Shown here: positions 25,232 to 38,559 of the stretch, piece by piece
How positions within the stretch are numbered: the stretch's first letter is position 1
Layout of the letters: every line of letters begins with the position of its first letter
Position numbers and translations under genes: made by a program
Notes under the pieces: generated by a model
Seen by the model: the letters and a program-made list of their open reading frames with translations, nothing else
Database searches by the model: none
What the model was told of the DNA's origin: nothing
DNA from: Nemertoderma westbladi
Lineage: Eukaryota; Animalia; Xenacoelomorpha
Length of the DNA stretch: 64,000 nt
NCBI GenBank assembly: GCA_032718475.1
Contig: JAUCBJ010008330.1
Coordinates: 1,768-65,767 of the forward strand
Reading direction: 5' to 3'

Positions 25232-28200
25232 GATGGTTGTCTGGCAAAAGTAGTTGGGGGGAACTCATTGTCGGTGTCCTTTTCATTAGTAAGTGCTCGA
25301 TACACCGCGGTATTGATTAGGTAACAGGATTCGTTGGCGTCGGAGAATTCGTCAGTATAGAATCCTTCCATCTCAGACTCTTGATCAGTGTCATTTACAT
25401 CACTGAATTGGACATGTAGTTCGGGCTCACTTACCTGACTCAGGTTGTCTCGTTCGAACTCACTGTGTAACAGGATGTGATGTTTCGCGCCACACTTTGC
25501 ACACTTTACGTCGGAGTAACAGGTTCGCCATTGGTGTCCTGATCTGAGGCAATTATAGCATAACTGCTTATCCCACATGACTTTACGTCTGTCTACCAGG
25601 GATTTCTTTAGGAATTCAGCACATGCACTCAAACGGTGGGTCCCGTCGCACAGAGCACAGTTTGGTTTGATGTTACTCACTTTACCTTGGGTAACTTGAT
25701 GCACTCTCGTTCTTTCTTCGGGCTTTCTTCCGTGCATTCTGTTAGGAGACTGAGGAGGAGTCTTGGCAACCTGTTCTCTCCTATCTTTGGTTCGAGCCTT
25801 GTATTTACTTACGTCCTTTGAGGTTTTGTTAACGTAGTAAAATCGGTCAGTGTCTTTCCCGCTGTCCTCTTCTTGAGAAGCTTGGCTTTCGCCGTCGTCA
25901 GTGTAACACACTGGTGTTACTCTTCTCCTAGAAACGGATTTCTCACTTACCTTATTTTCCGATGTTTTCTCTCTGGACTGCTTGATGAGTTGTAGTTTTA
26001 CTTCACCATCTAAGAAGGCCATGAGATCAGCCATGGTAGGGCTTCGTCGTTGCTGCTCATTCATATACAACACTTTCTTGTCCCAGCGTGTACATACTCC
26101 ACCATTTGGTAAAGTAGAGACTACTGCTCCAATAACCATGGAACTCTGATATTCATGAGACTTACCTAACCAGTCCAATTGTCTACAGATCTCCTGAATC
26201 TCATCGGAAAACTCTATAATCCCGCTACTAAGGAAGTTTCGGGGGGCTACTAATTTTGCATACAAATACTTAGCTATGTTATCCTTGTTACCATACCTGA
26301 TGTTTAATGTATCCCAAACTTGTCTTAATCCATCTGGATGTCCAATAAACTTTAACGCCATTAACTTGGGAGGTCCTTCCAAGCACTTGATGAGGAATCT
26401 AAGTTTCTCTCCGTTAGATAGTACAGAGTTCTGTATGCTATCTTTGTAATATTCATTGAAAGGTAACCATTTCATCTCATCTCCATTGAATTTGACGATC
26501 TCTCCCACTTTGACCGCTTGGCGGGCTTCTGTTCTAGCCATCTGACGCGTAAAGCTTTCTTGGGCCATCGTGTTATTTAATATCGAATTATCGGTATATA
26601 AATTTCTCGGATTATTATCAAGTCTATAGGGAATATCATTAACAACAGGTTTATAATCACCCTTAATAGGGTTTGGTAAAGGAGTTTCTACTTCACTAGC
26701 AGTATAGATGCGTGTAGGCTCCACACCTTGCGCATGTAATACTTCAGACCTAACAGGTTGACACAATGTTACAGGGGGTATTGGTATACCCTTTTGTATA
26801 TTGACTAATTTGTCGCGTTCCAGCGCGATACTTTGCTGCACTTCTTGCAATTCTACCCTACTTTCCCTTACTGTTCCCTTGAGTTGGTGGACAGTCCCTT
26901 CTAAATCTCGGATCTGCTGTGAGGAACATTCTCGGTGCTCTCTCAGCTGCCCGAGCAAGAGACTCATCTCCCGCCTTCCCTCATCAACCCACTCAACCGC
27001 CGAAGCGGGAGTCGCCAACATAGTAGCGGGCCGACGTGGGACGACGGGAGACAAATCTTGGATTTCTCTCTCGGCGTCAAGAACCGGGACATTCTCTGGG
27101 ACTGCTCCACCGGGTGCAAACAGTTTCGTACTGTGTAAAGGAAATTTGGTTGTAGGTTCGGGAAGTACAGGGGCCTCTCTCACCGAAGGGGTGTTTTCGA
27201 TAACAGGCTTAACTATTTCAGGCTCATCTACTATTGTAGGGAGTCTTTTGACCTTAATAATTTGGTCTGTGGGTTCTGTACTACCTAAGTCTGTGTTAGC
27301 TAGTTGTCTTCTAACAGCTGGGGGCAAATCAGGCAATTTGTGACGATGAGATGTTTTTCTACGCCTGCTTAGACGAGATCTATTTCCTCCGCCTTCAGGA
27401 TCGGTGGTCTCGCCTTCCTCCGATGATGTGTATCCTTGGCGCTTGGGAGTAGATCGACTCATCATCTGCATTTGACTAGCAGTTAACTGTTTATTTATGC
27501 AGTCTTGCGTCTCTTGAAGATTTTCCAACTCCAGTTGGGTGGTCTCTTCCGACGCTCTCTGTTCTGCTTCTGCCAATGCCATTGCCTCTTGCCTCATTGC
27601 CTCTTCGCTTTCCACTTGAGAGAAAGTGGCATTGGTTGATTCTTCATAGATTGGTCGCTCTGCCAGCTGGTATTTCCACTGGGCCGTTTCTTGTACTTTG
27701 AGACCTACCCGCTGGAACCAAGTCTTGACAGCAACTTGCAGCGACGTGTCCTGTCTTCTTTTGGAAGTTTCCTCAAAGGCTGATAGGATTAGTCTAATGA
27801 GTAGGGTTCTTTCGCATACTTGATATAGCAGCTCTTCCTGCTCTTGAGGTCCTTGGGGTTGTCGAATCAGTTGTTCTTCTAATCGCTCTAAGGAGCCGAA
27901 GAATCCCTGCACATATCCTGCTGCCGACCTCTTCCAAACAGCTGGATCCATCATATCTTTAGCCACTCCCATCCTGTGTATGTCTTCCCAAGTAGCTTCG
28001 GACAAATCTAACGGGAGTCCGGGTCCGGGAAAGTTCCATTGTGACTCGACAATAGACCTCAATTCTTCCCTGGCGTATCCCGCATAACTATCTTGGGTCG
28101 CTCGCTTACTTCTCGCCCAATCGGCTTGGTGTTCCTCCACCGCAATCAATATCGTAGTTAATACTGCGGCAGGAAGAGTGAGAAGGGGATCCGAATAGGC

Positions 28201-28530
28201 TGTATCCGCCATCTTCACTCCGCGTTCGGGGGTCAGCTCTACAGTATCCGAACTACTGGAGCTATTGGGTTGCTGGGAACGAGTTTCTTGACGAGGATGT
28301 TGCTGCTGTTGGACAGCTGCTTCTTGGTTCCATTTGACCTGGGCCCGAGTGCCGATGATAGACCTATGGTGTTGGATTAGCCTAGGGTCTGATACTACTA
28401 CTGGAGGGATGACCTTTCTTTCAGTAGGAGGTGAGCTGAACCCCTTTCTTAATCGCTCCACACTCCTATCTGTGTCACAGATGGTTGTATCGATTAGACT
28501 GTCTGACAGGTTTTGCTTAGTGTCAGACAT
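25165..28530 (-). CDS. BEL Gag of copy C (1121-aa open frame; gag-pol fusion broken by a deletion)
   Basis: BEL capsid-like region (KFNGDEMKWLPF...EKLRFL..CLEG) and three zinc knuckles CALCDGTHRLSAC, CYNCLRSGHQWRTC, CAKCGAKHHILLH. Confidence 0.9.
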   Translation of the reverse strand: MSDTKQNLSDSLIDTTICDTDRSVERLRKGFSSPPTERKVIPPVVVSDPRLIQHHRSIIGTRAQVKWNQEAAVQQQQHPRQETRSQQPNSSSSSDTVELTPERGVKMADTAYSDPLLTLPAAVLTTILIAVEEHQADWARSKRATQDSYAGYAREELRSIVESQWNFPGPGLPLDLSEATWEDIHRMGVAKDMMDPAVWKRSAAGYVQGFFGSLERLEEQLIRQPQGPQEQEELLYQVCERTLLIRLILSAFEETSKRRQDTSLQVAVKTWFQRVGLKVQETAQWKYQLAERPIYEESTNATFSQVESEEAMRQEAMALAEAEQRASEETTQLELENLQETQDCINKQLTASQMQMMSRSTPKRQGYTSSEEGETTDPEGGGNRSRLSRRRKTSHRHKLPDLPPAVRRQLANTDLGSTEPTDQIIKVKRLPTIVDEPEIVKPVIENTPSVREAPVLPEPTTKFPLHSTKLFAPGGAVPENVPVLDAEREIQDLSPVVPRRPATMLATPASAVEWVDEGRREMSLLLGQLREHRECSSQQIRDLEGTVHQLKGTVRESRVELQEVQQSIALERDKLVNIQKGIPIPPVTLCQPVRSEVLHAQGVEPTRIYTASEVETPLPNPIKGDYKPVVNDIPYRLDNNPRNLYTDNSILNNTMAQESFTRQMARTEARQAVKVGEIVKFNGDEMKWLPFNEYYKDSIQNSVLSNGEKLRFLIKCLEGPPKLMALKFIGHPDGLRQVWDTLNIRYGNKDNIAKYLYAKLVAPRNFLSSGIIEFSDEIQEICRQLDWLGKSHEYQSSMVIGAVVSTLPNGGVCTRWDKKVLYMNEQQRRSPTMADLMAFLDGEVKLQLIKQSREKTSENKVSEKSVSRRRVTPVCYTDDGESQASQEEDSGKDTDRFYYVNKTSKDVSKYKARTKDRREQVAKTPPQSPNRMHGRKPEERTRVHQVTQGKVSNIKPNCALCDGTHRLSACAEFLKKSLVDRRKVMWDKQLCYNCLRSGHQWRTCYSDVKCAKCGAKHHILLHSEFERDNLSQVSEPELHVQFSDVNDTDQESEMEGFYTDEFSDANESCYLINTAVYRALTNEKDTDNEFPPTTFARQPSWKAPTSNVGIREFPVVLTKVT

Positions 28531-29864
28531 ACTTAGCTATACAGTTGAATGCTTACTGCTATAGTTACAGTTAAAGCAAGTCTAGTAATTCAGTATTGAC
28601 CGTAATTTATTACAGTATATTAGAATACCGGTATACACTTATAGTATATATAAGTATGGTAGACTAGGTTTGTCGCAGAATACCGGTATATAAATTTTAG
28701 CACAAATATATATACATATAATAGGCCTATCGTGAATACCGGTATGCAGTTTACACTTATAGTATATATAAGTATAATTATGAACTAGAATTAATTACAG
28801 AATACCGGTATGTTTTCAGCCCAAATTTATAGAAATAAATATAATAAGCCTATGGTAAATACCGGTATGTCATTTATTTTAGAATAATTGAATTTCTGAA
28901 GTTTTAGGGTTACTTGGTTACTTTAACTTACTTTATTACCGTTATTTAAGCAGTAGCCCAACTGATATTGAGACCTAATTGTTGTATGGCAGGCCTACTA
29001 TTTATAAATCGTTTGAGTTGATTTATAATATATATATACCCGTTTAAAATGGGTTTTGTCAATATTTGAAATAAATGTTATTATTTCTGGGGGGAGTCAC
29101 TATACAGAAGCTGTGCGCTCTCAGTGAAGTGCTACTTATTGGACACTAAAACAGATAATTCTAATTTACCTAAGTTACTTAATACTACAAATTACTTACG
29201 ATACGGGTGAGATTAATTCTCTAATTAAACACAACAAAAATATTACGTACGAAATTTTAGGGTAATTTTACAGGGAAACTACAAACCAGTCTAACAAAGG
29301 GTTAGAACTTCTGGTTATTACAACAGACAGGGTACTACGGTATTTGAAAATAATAAGTAGTAGTAAATATATTGTGCTGTCCAGATAGGAAAATACCACC
29401 GTCTGACGACCTATAGCCGTATCGCTATAGGTACTACATTATGTATCATGGAGTGTTCCTACCTGGAAGTTAATTACCGCGGACTACCAGATCCAACATG
29501 CCTATTAACCACTTTACAACACAATACACTGCCCGCACACTAATTACTTTCGGAAAGCACTGTACACCAAACCCTAAATTAGGTACAAGTACTTATTAAA
29601 AACAGATAACCAGCAGATAAATATACTTGAACAGTTAAAAGAACCACGGCATCTGCTGGAGTGACTGGAGCACAAAGTCACCAGTCTTTACCTACGCCAA
29701 GCAGCCCGTGTAGTACCGGGGTTAATTTAACTATAACGGTATGTGTAACAAGCACAATTACTGTAGGAATAAACTTGGGGACATGAATGTTGCGAATAAT
29801 CGCATAAACTCTGAATAATAAATATTACGCTACCCGTACAGAATACTCAAACAAAATACAAACC

Positions 29865-30390
29865 AAACGCTGGCAGACTACTACCAAGCCTAAATAAACT
29901 ACAGTATGTGCAGATTCCGAAATGGTTAGTTAGTATGCGTTCTAACACGGTAGTACGACTTATTCTTTAGGAGGGGATTGACCTTACAGCTCTGGCTGCC
30001 CCAACTTACTAACTGGCACTTTATCAGACAAACTCTACACACGCAGCAATCTCTTCAGACCTAATAATAGCTAGACAACAATCCAGCCTACAAAATATCT
30101 GAGTAATAACTATTACGGTACCTGAACAGACCACACAAACAAACACAGACTAAAACGCTGGCAGACTACTATCAAGCCTAAATAAACTACAGTATGTGCA
30201 GATTCCAAAATGGTTAGTTAGTATGCGTTCTAACACGGTAGTACGACTTATTCTTTAAGAGGGGATTGACCTTACAGCTCTGGCTGCCCCAACTTACTAA
30301 CTGGCACTTTATCGGACAAACTCCACACACGCCGCAATCTCTCCAGACCCAACAACAGTCAGACAACAGTCCAGCCTACAATTATCTGAA
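29865..30390. repeat. Direct duplication (period about 289 bp) in the leader of copy C
   Basis: AAACGCTGGCAGACTACTA...CCAGCCTACAA occurs at about 29865 and 30153. Confidence 0.8.
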
Positions 30391-30564
30391 CAATCTGAGC
30401 AGACTTACACGTCTTCAGCTCAATATTAACTTACATGTAAATAAAACCGACAGAAATAAGTAAAATCTCAATAAAAAACCAGGGCTGCAGTCCCTGATTA
30501 AATACTAAGACCTACCGGTATACAATAATCAAAATCGAATAATACTAATGTACTTATACTGGAA

Positions 30565-30690
30565 GTACCGGTTAGGACAGTTGGGCCTACAGACCTACAG
30601 CAGTACCGGTTCAGACAGTTAGGCCTACGGACCTACAGCAGTACCGGTTCTGGCAGTTGGGCCTACGGACCTACAGCAGTACCGGTTCAG
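30565..30690. repeat. 38-bp tandem repeat, about 3.3 copies, in the leader of copy C
   Basis: GTACCGGTT...CAGTT(G/A)GGCCTAC(A/G)GACCTACAGCA units at 30565, 30603, 30641 and 30679. Confidence 0.8.
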
Positions 30691-30753
30691 GTTTACCGGT
30701 CGACCGGTACTTTCAACTTTATTGCTTACTGCAATAAAGATAATAACTGTTAT

Positions 30754-31959
30754 TGTACGCGCTTTTGAAGACCTTTAGCAGTTTAACCTGCCAAAATTTA
30801 TATGTCTTTTGGTTTATAAATAGACTTTAACATATGACAAGTATTTAATACCAATAAACACAACATTAGCCGATGCCAGCCTAGTGCGCGTCCATTCACC
30901 CGCTGGATATACGCAGGAGACTGGATTCGGAGGGCTTAGATTGTTATTGCAGTGTAAGCTTACTGTATTATTCGATTGATCGTTAATAAATAATTTCTGA
31001 CCAATATTATTCACTTTCGGGAAATATTAACAGTTCCTTTAGGACGTGGCGCTCTATCTAGGTAAACAGAGATATGACTTATACTAAACACAACGGTAAG
31101 TCGGTAAGGCTTATGATTCACGTATGAGGCGCATTCTTTAGGAAATGCTTAGTTATCAGTCAAAATCATGCACACTACCGGTAACGCACAATACTGCACA
31201 CTAATCTGCCGACCGTCAATGAATTTTATCATACATAAAGAGAACAGCAATTGACTCATGTAGTGCTTATCAAATAGCATTAAATTCACTACAAACCACG
31301 ATAATATAAGTCGCAATCGCTATATGTAACCTGTCTCTCTAACCTGTAGTGTATCAAGAAATTGGGAAATTTGGGTTATTTATCGATGTTCTCCAAATAA
31401 TAATATTCAACCAACTGATACAAATAATAACAACAGTAAAAAGCATTAAGACGGTAGGTTAAGATTATAACAATATAAGATTGTACCGCTGCGCTACTGC
31501 GCTGATAAAACTGATAAGACTGATAACAGTTATACGCTCTATAATCTAAGCCTACTAATGTTTCTTCTAAAGTCTGAAACGAATTGACTCTAGAGCCAGT
31601 GTTCTTGGCCTAGATAGAAACAACAAAACTATAACACAGAAAACTATAAGACTGAACACTCCTAGCACGATCTGTAGAATATCTCCACATCGACAGTAAA
31701 AATCGCCCTGATTGGCTGTTAAGCTAAACAAAGAACCATGTGTCCAACGGCCGTTTCCATGCCAGCAACCAGCTGTTAGATGTCGTAATCTGAATCATCA
31801 AGGCTACACTGTGCTAGAGGATTTGACGCATAGCGGGTTTTGTGCCTTGCCATGTCCGCCAAAGCACACATATAGAAGAATGACTTTTATGTCCGTTAAA
31901 ACACCTACAACGGTACTTTGCGGGCAAGGGGACTGATTATATCCGCAAAAGCTTTTACA
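30754..31959 (-). repeat. 5' LTR of copy C
   Basis: 1206-bp repeat of 15570-16775; lies upstream of gag on the - strand. Confidence 0.95.
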
Positions 31960-33665
31960 TTCTGAGTGCCAGAATAGGCTCCATGGTCAGGTTACAGTGG
32001 CTCAATATTCTAAACAAAACAATAATCAAAAGTCAATAGAAAATAGAACAGGGTTATTAAGTTTTATTTTTGGAAGTAATCAGCTGTTATTTGCGTCTAT
32101 TTTCCCCTGGAGAGGGATGAATATTATTTGCATCCAAAGCCTCTCCTATCTGTTGTTAAAATAATAAATTCCACTACAATTTAATTTGTTCAAGATAATA
32201 AATTTAACTTAACACTATTTATAGCTTTTCTTTTCGAGGATAATATACATTTTAGTCAGGTCGCTTAGCAAGTTAATGTGGACGTTCTGGACAAACTTCC
32301 CATAATTGGCACAGGAGTAGATAATTACCATACCTTTAATTTTTTGTGGGGAACCAACTTTGCAACATTATTTATCGGTCCCATATTACCATGACAACAG
32401 GAGGTCATTTACAAAAGTCCACTTTCCAGTAAACCTTTTCAGTCTTCTAACCTTGACCTACCCCCCACATATCAGCATCAGAGATTCCATTGACATCATT
32501 TGAAACAGAGTGGAAGGGTTTACTATGGAAGATCACCCATGGTGGTGAACAGGCATTCCTTGGCTAACGAGCCTAAAAGATTCTCCTATTCTATTGACAT
32601 CATTTGTAAAACCCGGTTGCCATGGCAACTGTTTCAAAAACGTGTTTCAAACGCCGATTTTCAGTAAATATCCGAAAAATATAAAACCACTGATTAATAA
32701 TTGTTCCTCATTTGGAAAAATAATCTAACATTATAAACTTATTATCCCTGAGACCCTCCTGATTTCTAGTAGTGGACCAATTTAAATGGACCTGTGGTAG
32801 TCCTGTTACCATGGTGACAAGTCACTAAATATATTCTGCCAAATTTAATATAGTTCTTTTTTAAACTTAATTTTTTTAAATTTAATAAACTCCTAATGCT
32901 GCTTTACTCAATGTTAAATAATTTAGTGTTCTCGAATATTTATTACGTAACTAGAGAGCCGCTTAACAACATAAACCAATATTGGATATTGAGTTCCGTT
33001 TAGGAGCACGCCGTGCAGACACAAAATTTCGATAACTTTTCAGTGTGTGAATGGATTTTGCTCAAATTACGTGCAAACCTATTTTACGTCAATGTTCTTT
33101 CAACACATGTAATAAAATTCAAGAAATTCCACCAAAAATGTTTTAATTTACTTTTTTTTCGCCTTAAAAAAAAGTAAAATCAATGCAATCCTATGGGTTA
33201 CAATATTTCCCTAGGGAAAAAAGTGAAACATTTTCTCCCGATTTTGGGGTACCCCCTATATACGAGCGAAAAACCATTTAAGAATAAAAATATTTTTTTA
33301 TTATTTTTAATATGAATGAATGAATGAATGCAACACTGCAATAAACAAGTCCTATTATTATAGCATTTTTTGCTTATCAAACACGTTCAATTTAAAAAAA
33401 AATGGTTTAAGTGGTATCAATATCTAAAATATTGATTCTAATAGTGTACCCTATGCGGTGGAGTTTATGTGCAAGAACCTGTAGATGCCAATTATTGCTT
33501 TCTTATAAAAGTGCGAAGGATTTATTGCAACAAAAACAAGTTAAAGATATTAAAATTGATACTTTTAAAATTTAAATTTTTTTATTTTGCAGGTGGAAAT
33601 CCCGGCTCTGAAGAAGAACGAACTCAATTTCCGCAACTGATATATTACGTTACCATGGTAACATG

Positions 33666-34445
33666 TTACATGTAGGAAACGTTGTGGGTCCTTCGCGCAG
33701 CACGAGAGCCTATATAAGAAAGTGCACTAATCACTATTTGAGATACGAAAACCGTCATTCCCAAAATATCAATAAGTGATGCTTTCAGTTTGCGTTTAAC
33801 TTTCTGTAAAAAAACAGAAGTCCATTTCAGTTTGCCCTTACACGCTTTAACTGTCATTATGTAAACCTAATAACTAGGGTTATTCAAGTTAAGAATTACA
33901 ATTTTAGTTTTACCATACTCGTATCCTTCATTAGCCTCGTTGCACTCGTCCTGTTTTGTCTGCAATTCTTCCTTAAACCCAGACTGACGACCTTTACAAC
34001 TATTCAAAGTTTCAAAACTGTGCGAGAAAATTGCTGATTTATGGCAGAAGAATACTCGCCTCGCATCCACTGTAAAATTCATTACGTTCGTCCTGTACAA
34101 CCTGATCACCTTACAACATTCCATTATTACTATTGGATAACATGACATATTGTCCAATATGCTAAACCAGGTTGTTTAGGAGTATATAGTCAAAACAATA
34201 CTCGTCTCCTTCATTAGCCTCGTGTTGTGCTCGTCGTGAAGACCCCACGCAAATTCAATTTCCAAAATTTGTAAACTTTTACCAAACAACATTTCTACCA
34301 AGTTTGGTGAGATTTCATGAAGGATTAGCTGAGTTATTAACGTTTAAAAACTCGGATCAACAGAATGACAGATGTACAGACATACCGATTGAGATATTGG
34401 TACCCGTATGCTTAGTTCGCTAACTTTCGTGGCTCGCCCCACTAT
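33666..34445 (+). mobile_element. Dispersed repeat resembling non-autonomous Helitron/Helentron elements
   Basis: Shares CCTTCGCGCAGCACGA, ACAATACTCGTC, TACCAAGTTT...GAGTTATT, a GACAGA-rich tract and TGGCTCGCCC with 63680-64000. Class assignment is inference. Confidence 0.45.
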
Positions 34446-35278
34446 ATCTATAATACAATTTTTTTATGTTATATGGTTTTGTCGGGTAGAGTCCCAGAAG
34501 GCATATCTAATGTAATAAAAATGTTCCTAATCATATGTCATATTTATTTCAATTTATTAACATAAGAGTAAACTGTACGCGTCTCACACTTCCCTATATC
34601 CCATGGTGTTCAATTCATGAATGTCCACAAACTGCTGATACAAATCATTGCATCTCACTCATTGACGTTTTATAGAATATGAATTATGGTAGGGATTTTT
34701 AGTGGGCTTGTGATGGATGACCTTATTATAATATTCATAATATACAACACGCAATATATCAGTAGGGCCTACATTGGGCCTATTGGCCTTCACACAGTTT
34801 ATATACAATGTATAGAAGTTGGGAACGAGGGAAGTACCTAATATCTCAATCCTAAATTACTTAATCCAATTGGCATTAATACGACGGATATAGATTTATT
34901 GATAAGCCCATTACTATACACTCTTATATTATTATCACGAGGATAAACTTTAACAATTTCAGTTAAACTACTTTAAATATAACAGTAATACTGCGTTAGT
35001 TGTTTTTGTTTAACTATTTACAAACTTTTGTAAAATAAGAAGGAGCGCTTTTCAGCTTTCTGTTCCGGAGGGTGTATTACACGAGCAAAAGCGATTACGT
35101 TGGAAAAACCTGGAGTCAGAAATTCTTTGTGCTTTACAGTTCACCTTATGTAAGAACTCCTACAGCCTTTACCCAACCAAAGATCTAACGGATCCCATAG
35201 ACTAGACGATTGATTTTATTTTATTCAACGTTTCGTATATGCTGATTTAGAGGATATTGAAAGATATCCAGGTGGAGA

Positions 35279-35346
35279 GCGCAAATGGAGCATTTGCGCC
35301 GTGCGAGCGCATGGCCGACGGCGTTGGCCATGTGGTATTGTTCTAG
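35279..35346 (+). mobile_element. Helitron-like 3' end
   Basis: Hairpins GCGCAAATG-GAG-CATTTGCGC and CATGGCCGACG-G-CGTTGGCCATG, then CTAG 10 nt later (35343-35346). Confidence 0.45.
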
Positions 35347-35595
35347 AATATTACAGTATTATTAATCCCATGTAAAGTTAAAAGTTAAAGCCCATATTGC
35401 TGATAGAAAATAACAAATGCCTACCTTGATTTTGTTAAGGTCAGTTTTGTTTATACTTGAAGGCTTACATATATAAGTATACATGGGCATAATATTCCAA
35501 ATACTTTTGTTGCGCCTGTCGATTCGTATGAATCGACAGGCGCATAGACCCCCCCAATTTATATTACTTGCGCATGTACATTAGTAGGCCTACAG

Positions 35596-37392
35596 AAGTA
35601 CTTGGGTATTCCTGTATTCACAATATTCAACTACCATATATGAAGATAGGGTACGTTTTGACTAAAATTCTGCATCTGATGTAACGTTTTGACTAGGCCT
35701 ATCTGCCAAAAGAACCTCCACTATATCTGCCCTACATGTAGGCCTACCATATTATTAAATTATTATTTATACTTCAAAAATTTGTGGCACGAAACACATC
35801 ACACGAAATGGAATTACAATAAAAGCAGGCCATTTAAAACCATCTTCAATCAATTAATTCAGCACCTTGGAAAACCTAATAAAAAAAATTATTCAAATTT
35901 GTTGAATTGACAAAGGTGGTTCTGAATTAACGAGACGAGGGTGGACCCAGAGCTATCGGGGTGGTCCCTGAATTAACGAGTGAGGACCCAGAGTTAATAG
36001 GGATATTCCCTGGATTAATAAAAAATAATTAATACCAAAACTAATAACAAAAAAAACACCCAAAATATAATACCAGCAAATACAGAAATATACTCATATT
36101 AACAAATAACACAAAAATAATTATCTAATAAAAAATTTAATATTGAACTTTTAAAGCTCTAAAATCATAAAGAAAACCCATGAAGGTGTATTCCAATTAC
36201 AATTGTTCAACCCCAGTGATTTTAAAATACACCAGACATGTCAGAGAGCATTGTAAGTATTATTTCCTTTGTGCAAAAATTAATTCTTCTTGATATATTA
36301 TATGCAAAATTTTCATGCATATTCAAACAATCAAAAGCGTGAAACTGGTAGTCATACAGCAATTGGATGTCTTTAGTAGGATCGGAAACACTCTAGAGAA
36401 CATTTAAAATAAACTTCATCATTCCAAAGTGAATACTTCTTGAGATATAGCCTTTCAAAAAATTAACCAATCATAGACCACGTAGCAAAACCCGACAATC
36501 CAACAGCTATAAAACATCGTCAGTGAGTTAGGGCATACTCCAGAGAATATTATTAGCTTTCAAACTTCATCCCAAAGTGAAGCAAACTCGAGTTATCGTC
36601 GTTCAAATCATTAGCCAATCAGGCGCCGTATCTGATGACCACGGTATGGGGGTGACTTGGGACCTCAACGCGAGATTCAGAACACCATCCAAAACATATT
36701 CGCATAAAATCTTATCACTAATTGTCAAGGCCTAGGTAAGTTTTCAGCGTTTGAATATTTGAGCCAATCAGGTGCCAGATACAGTGACCACGGTACGCGC
36801 GTGACCTGAGACCCCAATGGAAGGTTCAGAGTACTGGCCAAAACATTTTCGCATCAAATTGTACTGTAAAATGTTACTGCATATCAGCAAAGTCACCTAC
36901 CGGTATTTGATCAGCAAAAGATCAGGTCTGACTGTGTGATTTGGGTCTGATCATATTTTCCTTTGCATGCATAAGAAGCCCTTCAATGGTCACTATCCGC
37001 TACATTGATCTAATCCATATCGTCAGATAGCCCGTGTTGCTGTTATAAGATTTATTTTGATTTGGTGCGATTTGGGTAATTTTAGTTTTTTTGGGGTAAA
37101 CTATGGTATTAATAACTTCCAGTAAAATCCCAACGTTAAGAACATTGCTAGAAACGTCAATCATCTATAGCCTACACACTAAGGGTAACTATCAGCCAGT
37201 TACTGTACATGGGCAGATGGGTATACTAAGTACAGGAGTACCCAGTACTTGGATATTCCTGTATTGACAATACTCAACTATATGAAGATAGGGTACGTTT
37301 TGACTAAAATACGGCATCTGATGTAACGTTTTGACTAGGCCTATCTGCCAAAAGAACCTCCACTAAATATGCCATACATGTAGGCCTACCAT
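35596..37392. repeat. About 150-bp direct repeat pair (35596-35751 and 37244-37392)
   Basis: Both contain TATGAAGATAGGGTACGTTTTGACTAAAAT and GCATCTGATGTAACGTTTTGACTAGGCCTATCTGCCAAAAGAACCTCCACTA. Confidence 0.75.
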
Positions 37393-38559
37393 ACCTGCAC
37401 CGGTGCTCACTACAGACTGTGGAGATAGCTACCGGCAAGAGGTGCTTGGTATATAGTTTTAGTCAGTAATGGCATACAGCAACTACTGACTTTATGATTT
37501 CATCAAGTTCATCAAACCAGGCTGACGACTCAGCTGTTTAATTAATTGCAGCTGGAGTGGATAAATTATTAATTAATTTGGGGAACTTTACTAATTAGTA
37601 AAATCGTTAATTAGTTCGATTCAAAAGATTTTAGAGTAATTATCATTTGTAAAATAGTAAACCGCTTTGATACACCTTGTGAATAAGGATTTGGGGGACG
37701 GGGGGGCAAAGCCCCCCCGCCAATTAGGTAATTAAGTAATTAGTTAATTACTAATTAACGGTAGGAGATACGGCATCGGCGCCAGAGACTTTTTTGTGTA
37801 GAATAAAATTCCGAACAACTTTGTGATGTTACGTTTTTTCATAGCTCTTAGTGTTTTCGAGTTACGACGCTAATTAGTTTTCGGCTAATTAGTACTAATT
37901 AACAGTAATAGGAGGGCCATAGCGATGACTGAACTTTTTTTAGATCTTACCGAGATGAACAAAAAAAAACACCGTTGCTAGGGGAAAAACCAAATACTTT
38001 TCGAGATAAATCAATTAGAAATCTTTAATCGCTAATTACTAATTAATTAATTAACAGATTTTTTCCACAAAAACTCCTAGCTATCGCGCTAGGGCCATCT
38101 ACCAGATCGCGCAAACAGAATCGTTCTAGCTTTCGCCGTTCTCCTGGAAAAATCCTTTAAAAATCGACCTAAAAAAGATCAAAGCAAAGTGCCTACTTGA
38201 TAGGTAGGTCTCTAGACTGTATAAATTATGAGGTTTGAAGTTGGTGTTGATGGTGGGTTCTATGTTCCGTTAAATAGGCTGCAGTATCTATGCCTCATAA
38301 TTCTCTGTCGAGCCTTTGGCTCTCCGGTTGCAGCCAGACCATCGAGACATGAATAATATCGAGAGAGAAAAAAGCGTGTTGAAAAATATATCGAGAGTAA
38401 AAATAATGAGACTAAAAATAATGAGAGTAAACATATCGCGAGTAAAAATATTGTGAGTAAAATCAGCTATAACTTTTGGAATAAAAACACTAGCTTCAAT
38501 GAACGGTGATTTATTTAAAAAAAATAAAGATTTTTAAAACTATAGTTTTTGTAAAAACA

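Larger units (their letters stand above)
15570..31959 (-). mobile_element. Full-length BEL/Pao LTR retrotransposon copy C (16.4 kb including a MITE)
   Basis: Two 1206-bp TG...CA LTRs; TSD TTCTG (15565-15569 and 31960-31964); domain order Gag-PR-RT-RH-IN with BEL-type motifs. Confidence 0.97.
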
